Assembly (NCBI RefSeq): GCF_056712565.1
Contig: NZ_CM160072.1
Direction: 5' to 3' (one strand)
DNA length: 64,000 nt
This document shows positions 47,798 to 57,010 of this stretch, piece after piece. Made by a program: the position numbers and the translations under genes. Numbering within the stretch: position 1 is the first letter of the stretch; every line of letters begins with the position of its first letter. The notes under the pieces were generated by a model that had not been told where the DNA came from, made no database searches, and saw only the letters and a program-made list of their open reading frames with translations.

Positions 47798-48274
47798 ATG
47801 CAACAGCTTTCCTTTCTGCCCGGAGAGATGACGCCCGGCGAGCGCAGCCTCATTCAACGGGCCCTGAAAACCCTGGACCGCCATCTTCATGAACCCGGCG
47901 TGGCCTTCACCTCCACCCGTGCGGCACGAGAATGGCTGATTCTGAACATGGCGGGACTGGAGCGTGAAGAGTTCCGGGTGCTGTATCTGAACAACCAGAA
48001 TCAGCTGATTGCCGGTGAAACCCTCTTCACCGGCACCATCAACCGCACGGAAGTCCATCCCCGGGAAGTGATTAAACGCGCCCTGTATCACAATGCCGCT
48101 GCTGTGGTGCTGGCACACAATCACCCGTCCGGTGAAGTCACACCCAGCAAGGCAGACCGCCTTATCACGGAACGTCTGGTACAGGCACTGGGCCTGGTGG
48201 ATATCCGGGTGCCGGACCATCTGATAGTCGGTGGCAGCCAGGTTTTCTCCTTTGCCGAATATGGTCTGCTTTAA
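47798..48274 (+). CDS. RadC-like JAB-domain protein (YeeS/YkfG/YfjY family)
   Basis: JAMM motif HNHPSGEVTPSKAD; ORF 47783..48274. Confidence 0.8.
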   Translation: MQQLSFLPGEMTPGERSLIQRALKTLDRHLHEPGVAFTSTRAAREWLILNMAGLEREEFRVLYLNNQNQLIAGETLFTGTINRTEVHPREVIKRALYHNAAAVVLAHNHPSGEVTPSKADRLITERLVQALGLVDIRVPDHLIVGGSQVFSFAEYGLL

Positions 48275-48336
48275 CCCGTCACAACCACATCACACCTGTT
48301 TTCACTTTTATCTTCTGTCTTCAGAGGTATCCCACT

Positions 48337-48558
48337 ATGAAAATCATCACCCGTGGCGAAGCCATGCGTATTCACCGTCAGCATCCGGCATCCCGTCTTT
48401 TTCCGTTCTGTACCGGCAAATACCGCTGGCACGGCAGTGCTGAAGCGTATACCGGTCGTGAAGTGCAGGATATTCCCGGTGTGCTGGCCGTGTTTGCAGA
48501 ACGCCGTAAGGACAGTTTTGGTCCGTATGTCCGGCTGATGAGCGTCACCCTGAACTGA
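48337..48558 (+). CDS. YeeT-like small protein (DUF987)
   Basis: 73 aa; position between the RadC-like gene and the antitoxin as in CP4-44. Confidence 0.65.
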   Translation: MKIITRGEAMRIHRQHPASRLFPFCTGKYRWHGSAEAYTGREVQDIPGVLAVFAERRKDSFGPYVRLMSVTLN

Positions 48559-48720
48559 TGTTCCGTCACCCGGAAAACGAGTACGACTGGCAGAGCTCAG
48601 ACGCCGCTGTGGATGAGGTCCTGCTCATCAACGAATACACCTTTACCGAAGCCGGTCTGCGCGCCGGCTGACCCGTCATCGTTAAACTATCATTCACCGA
48701 TTTTCTGTGAGGATTTTATC

Positions 48721-49089
48721 GTGTCAGACACACTTTCCGGGACAACGCATCCCGATGACAATGACGACCATCCCTGGTGGGGACTACCCTGCACAGTGAC
48801 GCCCTGTTTCGGCGCCCGTCTGGTGCAGGAGGGTAACCGGTTGCATTACCTTGCCGACCGTGCCGGTATCAGAGGCCGGTTCAGAGATGCGGATGCGTAC
48901 CCTCTGGACCAGGCCTTTCCGCTGCTGATGAAACAACTGAAATTAATGCTCACCAGTGGTGAACTGAATCCCCGCCATCAGCATACCGTGACACTGTATG
49001 CGAAGGGGCTGACCTGTGAAGCCGACACCCTCGGCTCCTGTGGTTACGTTTATCTGGCTGTTTATCCGACACCTGAAACGAAAAAGTAA
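48721..49089 (+). CDS. cbeA: CbeA/YeeU-family antitoxin, GTG start
   Basis: VSDTLSGTTHPDDNDDHPWWGLPCTVTPCFGARLVQEGNRLHYLADRAGIRG…TPETKK, 122 aa, matches the CbeA family along its length. Confidence 0.75.
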   Translation: MSDTLSGTTHPDDNDDHPWWGLPCTVTPCFGARLVQEGNRLHYLADRAGIRGRFRDADAYPLDQAFPLLMKQLKLMLTSGELNPRHQHTVTLYAKGLTCEADTLGSCGYVYLAVYPTPETKK

Positions 49090-49178
49090 ACCACCAGAAT
49101 AACCTTCTGCTCCGGCCTGGTGTTTTCACCACGCCACTGTCCCATTTTTTATCTCTGCATATCAGGAAAATCTTCAGT

Positions 49179-49409
49179 ATGAAAACATTACCCGACACGC
49201 ATGTACGGGAGGTATCGTGCTGCCCGTCTCCAGTCACCATCTGGCAGACACTGCTCACCCGGTTACTGGACCAGCATTCCCTGATTTCCTCATCGATATC
49301 GAATAAGCACTCGTCGCAGAATTCTTTATCGAGTGAGAGCCTCTGTTCAAGGACGCTTCTTTTTTTTGTTGCAACGTGCACATCCCTTCATCTTTCCGCG
49401 CCTTTGTGA
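49179..49409 (+). pseudogene. cbtA: Truncated CbtA/YeeV-family toxin gene (only about the first 33 codons are toxin-like)
   Basis: MKTLPDTHVREVSCCPSPVTIWQTLLTRLLDQH matches the CbtA/YkfI/YpjF N-terminus; from about 49278 the frame reads unrelated low-complexity sequence. Confidence 0.7.
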
Positions 49410-49546
49410 CCTCGTGATTTGGGGTACATGGAAAATGGGCGTAGCAAGCCTCAGCTAGATAACTAACCGTAATAAAAGGGCTTTTCTGCGAGCAATGTAA
49501 GAGAAGGATAACTAGGCAGGTTGCAAGAAAGATAATCGTTTTGATA

Positions 49547-49581
49547 GATCAGTTTATCGATATTGATCGTTAGTGCCGATC
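49547..49581 (+). promoter_or_regulatory. Second GATC triplet resembling the Ag43 Dam/OxyR switch, about 450 bp upstream of mtnK
   Basis: GATC at 49547, 49565, 49578 (spacing 18 and 13 bp versus 19 and 13 in the flu switch); shared GATCGTTA-N5-GATCG core. Confidence 0.35.
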
Positions 49582-49930
49582 GATAAGAAGTGCGGAAACG
49601 TTAGACTCACCTCTGTTGCTCCATCATGATGATGGGGCTGTTGGCCCTCGAATCTATCTGTCTATTAGCATCGGCATGACAAACACCATTTGTTTCCACA
49701 ACAAAAGACAATAGAAAAGTACATATGTACAAAAAGTGTGATTTATTCTGTCACTTCAGTACTTCCTTTCGCCTAAGTTTGCCCGTAATAATTCCCCGTG
49801 CAGTACTATTGTTGCGACATAACAACATGAATTACATGGTAATAATAGATGTTTTCCTCTGCTGATTCCTGTAAGGATCATGACTCCATACGACATCATT
49901 TTTAATTTTATACAGTTCAAAAAATCTACA

Positions 49931-49980
49931 TGTGTCACAAATAATTTTACATTTGATAATGTATAGTTGTCACATGACAA
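49931..49980 (+). promoter_or_regulatory. Operator-like palindromes TGTGTCACA and TTGTCACATGACAA in the mtnK promoter region
   Basis: Two palindromic sites sharing a TGTCACA core, 37-86 bp upstream of the mtnK ATG, near a GATAAT -10-like hexamer. Confidence 0.3.
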
Positions 49981-50016
49981 GTTGATTATCATTCTGTGTA
50001 GACAAGGAGAACTGTT

Positions 50017-51276
50017 ATGACGGATTCAATTCCATCAGGTTACAAGCCGCTGACATGTGACACGCTGCCGGGTTATCTCTCGTCCAGACTGACCCCTTCA
50101 TGCGAACCGGGAGGGTTACCTGAAGAGTGGAAAGTTTCAGAAGTGGGGGACGGAAACCTGAACATGGTGTTTATCGTTGAGGGGACACATAAAACCATCA
50201 TTGTAAAACAAGCTCTGCCCTGGCTTCGTGCCGGGGGCGAAGGATGGCCTTTATCTCTGAGCCGTGCGGGCTTTGAGTACAACGTCTTATGTCAGGAAGC
50301 CAAGTACGCGGGTCACACACTGATTCCGCAGGTCTATTTTTACGACCCGGAAATGGCGCTGTTTGCCATGGAGTATCTGACTCCTCACGTGATTCTGCGT
50401 AAGGAACTGATTAACGGTAAAAAATTCCCTAAACTAGCTGAAGATATCGGCAGATTTTTAGCACAGACTCTCTTCAATACGTCTGACATTGGCATGTCAG
50501 CAGAACAGAAAAAAGCGCTTACTGCCGAGTTCGCGTTGAATCATGAGCTGTGCAAAATTACGGAAGATCTGATCTTCACAGAGCCCTATTACAACGCTGA
50601 ACGGAATAACTGGACTTCTCCTGAGCTGGACGATGCCGTCCATAAGGCCTGGGCTGATGTAGAGATGATCCAGGTTGCCATGCGTTATAAGTACAAATTT
50701 ATGACAGAAGCGCAGGCATTGTTACATGGCGACCTTCATTCAGGCTCAATCATGGTGACCGACACGGATACCAAAGTGATTGATCCGGAGTTCGGTTTCA
50801 TGGGGCCAATGGCGTTTGATATCGGCAACTATATTGGCAACCTCCTGCTGGCGTACTTCTCACGCCCTGGGTGGGATGCGAATGAGCAACGTCGCGCTGA
50901 CTATCAGGAATGGCTGCTTCAGCAGATTGTCCAAACCTGGTCCGTTTTCACCCGGGAGTTCCGCCAGCTCTGGGACAACAAAACACAGGGCGACGCGTGG
51001 TCGACAGAAATGTATCAACAGAACAGGGCCGCTCTTGAGGACGCACAGGATCAGTTTTTTGCCACGCTGCTTGAAGATTCCCTGGTGAATGCCGGCATGG
51101 AAATGAATCGCCGGATCATTGGTTTTGCTGGCGTTGCCGAGCTGAAACAGATTGAAAATACAGAGCTTCGCGCAGGATGTGAACGACGTGCATTGACCAT
51201 GGCGCGCGATCTTATCGTCAATGCCCGCCAGTTTAAAAATATGGATTCCGTCATCCAGTCTGCGAAGGTTAAGTAA
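50017..51276 (+). CDS. mtnK: 5-methylthioribose kinase-like kinase
   Basis: 419 aa; phosphotransferase fold with HGDLHSGSIMV catalytic motif; first gene of a four-gene co-directional cluster. Confidence 0.8.
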   Translation: MTDSIPSGYKPLTCDTLPGYLSSRLTPSCEPGGLPEEWKVSEVGDGNLNMVFIVEGTHKTIIVKQALPWLRAGGEGWPLSLSRAGFEYNVLCQEAKYAGHTLIPQVYFYDPEMALFAMEYLTPHVILRKELINGKKFPKLAEDIGRFLAQTLFNTSDIGMSAEQKKALTAEFALNHELCKITEDLIFTEPYYNAERNNWTSPELDDAVHKAWADVEMIQVAMRYKYKFMTEAQALLHGDLHSGSIMVTDTDTKVIDPEFGFMGPMAFDIGNYIGNLLLAYFSRPGWDANEQRRADYQEWLLQQIVQTWSVFTREFRQLWDNKTQGDAWSTEMYQQNRAALEDAQDQFFATLLEDSLVNAGMEMNRRIIGFAGVAELKQIENTELRAGCERRALTMARDLIVNARQFKNMDSVIQSAKVK

Positions 51277-51285
51277 GAGGTCATT

Positions 51286-52401
51286 ATGAATATTAAAGGT
51301 AAACACTATCGTACGGTCTGGGTTTCCGGGGATGGAAAAGCGGTAGAAATCATCGATCAGACTAAGTTGCCTTTTAAGTTCGAGGTGGTGGCGCTTACCT
51401 CTGCGGAAATGGCCGCTACGGCTATTCAGGATATGTGGGTTCGTGGCGCTCCGCTTATTGGTGTCGTTGCAGCCTATGGCATCGCGCTGGGAATGAATCA
51501 CGATGCCAGTGACATGGGTCTGCAGCGTTACTATGACCTTCTTATCAAAACCCGACCAACGGCAATTAATCTCAAATGGGCCCTCGACAGGATGATAGAC
51601 ACACTGAAGGATCTCTGTGTATCAGAGCGCAAGGATGTGGCCTGGGCGCTGGCGGCAGAAATTGCCGAGGAAGATGTCGCGTTGTGTGAACAAATTGGAT
51701 TACATGGTGCAGAAGTCATCCGCGAAATAGCCCAGAAAAAACCGGCCGGGAGTGTGGTCAATATCCTGACACATTGTAACGCAGGCTGGCTGGCGACTGT
51801 AGACTGGGGAACCGCGCTTTCTCCCATCTACAAAGCGCATGAAAACGGAATCCCTGTTCACGTCTGGGTGGATGAAACGCGGCCACGTAATCAGGGCGGA
51901 CTCACGGCATTTGAACTGGGCTCACACGGTATTCCTCACACCCTGATCGCCGACAACGCGGGTGGCCACCTGATGCAACACGGTGACGTTGATCTCTGCA
52001 TTGTTGGGACCGATCGAACCACGGCCAGAGGGGATGTCTGTAATAAAATTGGTACCTATCTTAAGGCGCTGGCGGCCCATGATAACCATGTTCCCTTCTA
52101 CGTCGCGTTACCTTCTCCCACTATTGACTGGACTATCGAGGACGGAAAAAGCATTCCGATTGAGCAACGTGACGGAAAAGAGCAGTCCCATGTCTATGGG
52201 ATAAACCCTCAGGGAGAATTGAGCTGGGTCAATACCGCCCCTGAAGGAACCCGTTGTGGGAACTACGCTTTCGACGTCACGCCTGCCCGATACATTACCG
52301 GCTTCATTACTGAGCGGGGAGTCTGTGCTGCCAGTAAGTCAGCGCTGGCGGATATGTTTGCTGACCTGAAGAGTAAAGCACTCCAGGGGGAACAGCATTA
52401 A
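51286..52401 (+). CDS. mtnA: 5-methylthioribose-1-phosphate isomerase (eIF-2B alpha/beta/delta-like family)
   Basis: 371 aa; …[15 protein letters not shown]… and …[10 protein letters not shown]… typical of this isomerase family. Confidence 0.8.
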
Positions 52402-52431
52402 AACAGCGGCCATTGCTATTAAGGATCAGGA

Positions 52432-53073
52432 ATGGAACGGATTAAGTTAGCAGAAAAAATCATTTCCACTTGTCGGGAAATGAATGCGTCAGGTCTTAAT
52501 CAAGGAACATCAGGTAATGTGAGTGCCAGGTATACCGGTGGCATGTTGATTACGCCGAGTGGGATCGCTTATTCAAAGATGACGCCGGACATGATTGTCT
52601 TTGTAGACGATAAGGGAAAACCTGAAGCGGGTAAAATACCATCAAGTGAATGGTTAATTCATCTGGCGTGTTATAAAGCCAGACCAGAATTGAATGCTGT
52701 CATACATACGCATGCGGTGAATTCCACGGCGGTGGCAATACATAATCATTCAATTCCGGCCATTCATTATATGGTGGCGGTATCGGGGACGGATCATATT
52801 CCCTGTATTCCCTATTATACCTTTGGCAGTCCTGAACTGGCCGACGGTGTATCTAAAGGAATCAGAGAAAGTAAGTCCTTGCTGATGCAGCACCACGGTA
52901 TGCTGGCCATGGACGTCACGCTGGAAAAGACGTTGTGGCTGGCGGGTGAAACCGAGACGCTGGCTGATTTATACATCAAATGTGGCGGATTACATCACGA
53001 TGTTCCCGTGCTGTCTGAAGCCGAAATGACCATCGTCCTTGAAAAATTCAAAACGTATGGTTTGAAAGCGTAA
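52432..53073 (+). CDS. Class II aldolase/adducin-family protein (probable 5-methylthioribulose-1-phosphate / 5-deoxyribulose-1-phosphate aldolase)
   Basis: 213 aa; zinc-ligand motifs VIHTHAVNS and HHGMLA; no dehydratase-pathway genes downstream. Confidence 0.75.
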   Translation: MERIKLAEKIISTCREMNASGLNQGTSGNVSARYTGGMLITPSGIAYSKMTPDMIVFVDDKGKPEAGKIPSSEWLIHLACYKARPELNAVIHTHAVNSTAVAIHNHSIPAIHYMVAVSGTDHIPCIPYYTFGSPELADGVSKGIRESKSLLMQHHGMLAMDVTLEKTLWLAGETETLADLYIKCGGLHHDVPVLSEAEMTIVLEKFKTYGLKA

Positions 53074-53176
53074 TTACAGCTTTATTTTAATTAATAACAT
53101 ATGACAGCCATTCGCAGAATGGCTGCTATTCCCTCTGTCCACAACGATTGATTATAACTACCACAAGGAGTTATTT

Positions 53177-54181
53177 ATGTTTATCGTGGAATCGTATGCT
53201 GTCGCCATAATAATGTGTTTTATTACCATGATTTGCTGGGGTTCATGGGCGAATACAACTAAACTTGTCAGCAATAAAAAATGGGAGTTCCCTCTATTCT
53301 ATTGGGATTATTCAATTGGATTATTGCTGTGTTCTTTGTTATTTGCCTTCACGCTGGGTTCTATGGGCGAAGCCGGTCGCAGTTTTATACCTGATATTCA
53401 GCAGGCGAGCAGCAGTAGTCTGATGTCGGCAATACTGGCAGGGATTATCTTCAATATTTCCAATATTCTTCTGGTCGCTTCTATTAATCTTGCCGGTATG
53501 GCGGTAGCTTTTCCTGTGGGTGTGGGGCTGGCACTGGCTCTGGGTGTGATCACCACCTATATCGGCAATCCGCAGGGCGATCCGCTCATTCTGTTCCTCG
53601 GTGTCGTCTGCGTTGTGATCGCCATTATTTTTACCGCGATAGCCTATGGTCGTGTCACGCAGGAGGCGGATAAATCTCGCCGTAATAAAGGTCTCATTAC
53701 TGCCATTCTGGCGGGTATCATCATGGGATGGTTTTTCCGCTTCCTGGCGGACTCCATGTCTGACAATTTCAGCCAGCCTGCCAGCGGTCTGATGACGCCT
53801 TACTCAGCACTTGTTCTGTTTGCCGTGGGGCTGTTTTTGTCGAACTTTGTCCTTAACAGGCTGGTCATGAAAAAACCTATTTCAGGAGAACCGGTCAACG
53901 GGAAAATGTATTTTTCCGGGAGTTTACGGGATCATGTTTGCGGCTGGCTGGGCGGTATGATTTGGTGTGTCGGTCTGGCATTCAGTCTGATTGCGTCTGG
54001 TCAGGCGGGGTATGCCATTTCCTACGGTCTGGGACAGGGGGCCACAATGATTGCCGTGATCTGGGGAGTCTTCATCTGGAGAGAATTTGCCAGTGCGCCA
54101 GCCGGAACCAATAAACTGCTGCTGACCATGTTTATTTCATACATTGTGGGTATTGTTCTTATTATCGCCGCTAATCAATAA
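53177..54181 (+). CDS. DMT-superfamily sugar permease (GRP/RhaT-like), 10 predicted TM segments
   Basis: 334 aa, highly hydrophobic, two repeated 5-TM halves; last gene of the mtn cluster. Confidence 0.65.
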   Translation: MFIVESYAVAIIMCFITMICWGSWANTTKLVSNKKWEFPLFYWDYSIGLLLCSLLFAFTLGSMGEAGRSFIPDIQQASSSSLMSAILAGIIFNISNILLVASINLAGMAVAFPVGVGLALALGVITTYIGNPQGDPLILFLGVVCVVIAIIFTAIAYGRVTQEADKSRRNKGLITAILAGIIMGWFFRFLADSMSDNFSQPASGLMTPYSALVLFAVGLFLSNFVLNRLVMKKPISGEPVNGKMYFSGSLRDHVCGWLGGMIWCVGLAFSLIASGQAGYAISYGLGQGATMIAVIWGVFIWREFASAPAGTNKLLLTMFISYIVGIVLIIAANQ

Positions 54182-54185
54182 AATC

Positions 54186-54223
54186 CTGCCCCATATCTAC
54201 ATGGGGCAGTTGTTCATTCTTTT
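54186..54223. terminator. Bidirectional terminator-like hairpin between the permease gene and convergent yjhU
   Basis: CTGCCCCAT-ATCTAC-ATGGGGCAG followed by TTGTTCATTCTTTT. Confidence 0.5.
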
Positions 54224-55208
54224 AGTGTGGTAATTCACACGCCAGCAAAAACTCTGCCGTTCCTTCATCAACAATCAGGTCCGTGACATATCCTCCCAGC
54301 AGGGCACCCAACGTTGCGTCATAGCCTCTTTCCCCACCAGCAAGGAAGATCTTCCGTTCAATCTGCCTTAGCTGAGCCAGACTGATTCCCAGAATACGCT
54401 GGTCAACATCAGCCACGACGGGCATCCCTTCCTTGTCATAGAAGCGACCACAAATGACACCTACTGCGCCTAAATCCCGATACGTCTGCATTTCCTTCTT
54501 ATTCAGCACGCCCACCCGAATCAGGGGATTTTCATCAAGCGCGTTACCCACGACAAAAAAGGCTTTCGTACAGCGAGTCAGAACGTCAAAATTCGATCGA
54601 ATAATAGGCTCTGCCTGTAACTCCATGGCCAGTCTGGCGCTTGATACCACGGCGGGCACGTGCAGCGAGGCGACACGGCCTGAAAGCTTGTAGGCGATTT
54701 GCGATGAGGATTCAATGATCGTCAGGTCTGGCTGAGATGGCATGGAACCGAGCATCTGTATAACGGTGACATTTTTACATGACTTCGGCGTCATGGTTTT
54801 GCTCATCTGATGGATTGTTCTTCCCCAGGCAACCCCCAGCACATCACCATTCTCAATCACCTGATTCAGATACATGCCACCGGCACGTGAAAGGCGAGTC
54901 CGCATCAGCTTTGTATCATCACGTTTTCCGGCATGTTCGCCATCCGGCACGATGATCACTCTCTGGAGATTGAATTTATCGCGAATTTGCAAAGCAGCGT
55001 CGATAGAGCCAAAGACATTCACATCCAGGTTGATATGAACCAGTCCATTTTCCCGGGCTGTTTGCAGGTATTTGACAACCGTGACGCGGGACACCCCCAT
55101 GATAGCTGCAACTTCAGTCTGGCTTTTACCTTCCTGATAGTACAGCCATGTTGCATGAAGTACGGGATCATCATTGAACAGGCTGCTGTTTGTTTGATCT
55201 CTATCCAC
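54222..55208 (-). CDS. yjhU: SorC/DeoR-family sugar-binding transcriptional regulator
   Basis: 328 aa; HTH …SQTEVAAIMGVSRVTVVKYLQTAR…; SorC-type sugar-binding domain. Confidence 0.8.
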   Translation of the reverse strand: MDRDQTNSSLFNDDPVLHATWLYYQEGKSQTEVAAIMGVSRVTVVKYLQTARENGLVHINLDVNVFGSIDAALQIRDKFNLQRVIIVPDGEHAGKRDDTKLMRTRLSRAGGMYLNQVIENGDVLGVAWGRTIHQMSKTMTPKSCKNVTVIQMLGSMPSQPDLTIIESSSQIAYKLSGRVASLHVPAVVSSARLAMELQAEPIIRSNFDVLTRCTKAFFVVGNALDENPLIRVGVLNKKEMQTYRDLGAVGVICGRFYDKEGMPVVADVDQRILGISLAQLRQIERKIFLAGGERGYDATLGALLGGYVTDLIVDEGTAEFLLACELPH

Positions 55209-55554
55209 TTTTGTATACCTGTATTAAACCGGGGAAATGCTCATCTTAACCCTGTTTACCCGGAGAGTTGATGCAGATTGCCAGTGGCATGATTTTATAG
55301 AGATATTTTATTCTTTTACATGAAATAAACCAGCATACCATTTGAGCGATCGCCCGCTGTTCCCCCATACTGTAAAGCCGGAGACATGCTCCGGCTTTAC
55401 AGTATTACTGAGAATACACCCATCAAGCATAATCGAAGGTTCAATATCGCCCCTTTTTGATCGCCAGCGATTCGTCACAGTGCAGACGGTTGCCGTCACT
55501 CACTAAATTATGGGGGACAGTGAACAACAGGTTGGCTCACTGGCAAGAACCCGA

Positions 55555-56904
55555 TTATAAAACTAAGCTGGCGAGCAGAATAAAAATCAGCCCACTGATG
55601 GATAAGAGTGTGGACATCAGCGTCCAGGATAACAGCGTTTCTTTGGTGGTCAGGCCAAAAAAGTCTTTAATCATCCAGAAACTGGCATCGTTAACGTGAG
55701 AACAAATACAGGATCCGGCACCGGTAGCCAGCGTAATCAAGGCCAGGTTGGTATTGGGATGTACTGCCAACAATGGGATGACCAGACCGGCGGTAGAGAT
55801 CGCCGCGACGGTGGCTGAACCCAGACAAATACGCAGGAATGCGGCCACGCCCCAGGCCATCAGGATCGGGTTAATATCCATACCCGAAACCAGGGTGGAA
55901 ATATACTGACCAACGCCAGAGTCGATGAGAACTTGCTTGAATGCACCACCACCACCGATAATCAGCAGCAGACCGGCAATACCCGCGATAGCTTTTCCGC
56001 AAGAATCCATCAGGTCAGGGATTGTTTTCCCGCGCCCCAGGCCCATGGTATAGATCGCGAATAGCAGTGAAATCAGCATGGCGATCGTTGAATTACCTAA
56101 GAACAGTATCACGTTGTAAAATAAGCCTGAATCCGCGGCACTTTTGGCATGAGTCATCTGGATGATGGTGACAACCGCCATCAGGATCACCGGCAGCATT
56201 GCCGTGAGAAAACTGATCCCAAAGCCTGGCATTTCGCTTTCGCTGAATCGGCGGGTCGCGCCGAGAGAGGCTATATTCCCCTCTTTTTTAAAGGCGTCCG
56301 GAATAATGCGCTGGCAGAATTTATTCAATACCGGGCCGCAAAGAATAAAGGTTGGAATGCCGACAATGATACCGTATATCAGTACCAATCCTACATCAGC
56401 GCCATATTCCCTGGCGATAACAGTCGGGCCGGGGTGCGGCGGCAAAAAACCGTGTGCGACCAGCAAACCAGAAAGCATCGGCACACACATAAACATCGGT
56501 GATATTTTTGCTTCACGGGCAATAGCGAATAAAATAGGTACCAGAAGAATTAAACCGACTTCGAAAAAAAGTGCGATACCGACAATAAACGCCGAACAGA
56601 CCACTGCCCAGTCAAGTTTATTTTTCCCGAAATAATTCAGCATGGTCAGCGCTATTCGCTGCGCACCACCCGCATCGGCCAGCAAGCGACCGAGCATAAC
56701 ACCGAAGCCAAATATCAAACCAATATGGCCCAGCGTACCGCCAAGTCCGGATTCGACTGAGGTGACGACTTTACTCAAATCCATACCACTGGCGATGGCG
56801 ACAGCAATCGAGACAATAATTAACGAAACAAACGTATTAAGCTTAATTTTTATGGTTAAAAGCAGGAGTAAAGCAATCCCTGCCACAACGATAATTAGTG
56901 GCAT
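55555..56904 (-). CDS. yjhF: GntP-family permease
   Basis: 449 aa GntP-family transporter (paralogous to idnT); synteny with yjhGHI. Confidence 0.85.
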
Positions 56905-57010
56905 AACGTCCTCTCATAACAGGGTAGCGACCCATCATTATCCGACTGAGCAAATAACGAATGATGCAGAGTCGGATAATTCAGGTGTCTGGATGTTTTT
57001 ATTTATGCTT

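Noticed and set aside
46155-48220. Two long minus-strand ORFs (284 and 305 aa) spanning the CP4-type gene block
   Set aside because: They span several plus-strand genes with recognisable domains (antirestriction, RadC-like JAMM motif) and cross intergenic gaps; treated as antisense shadow ORFs
50860-51501. 213-aa minus-strand ORF
   Set aside because: Antisense to the mtnK/mtnA junction; the plus-strand genes carry clear catalytic motifs
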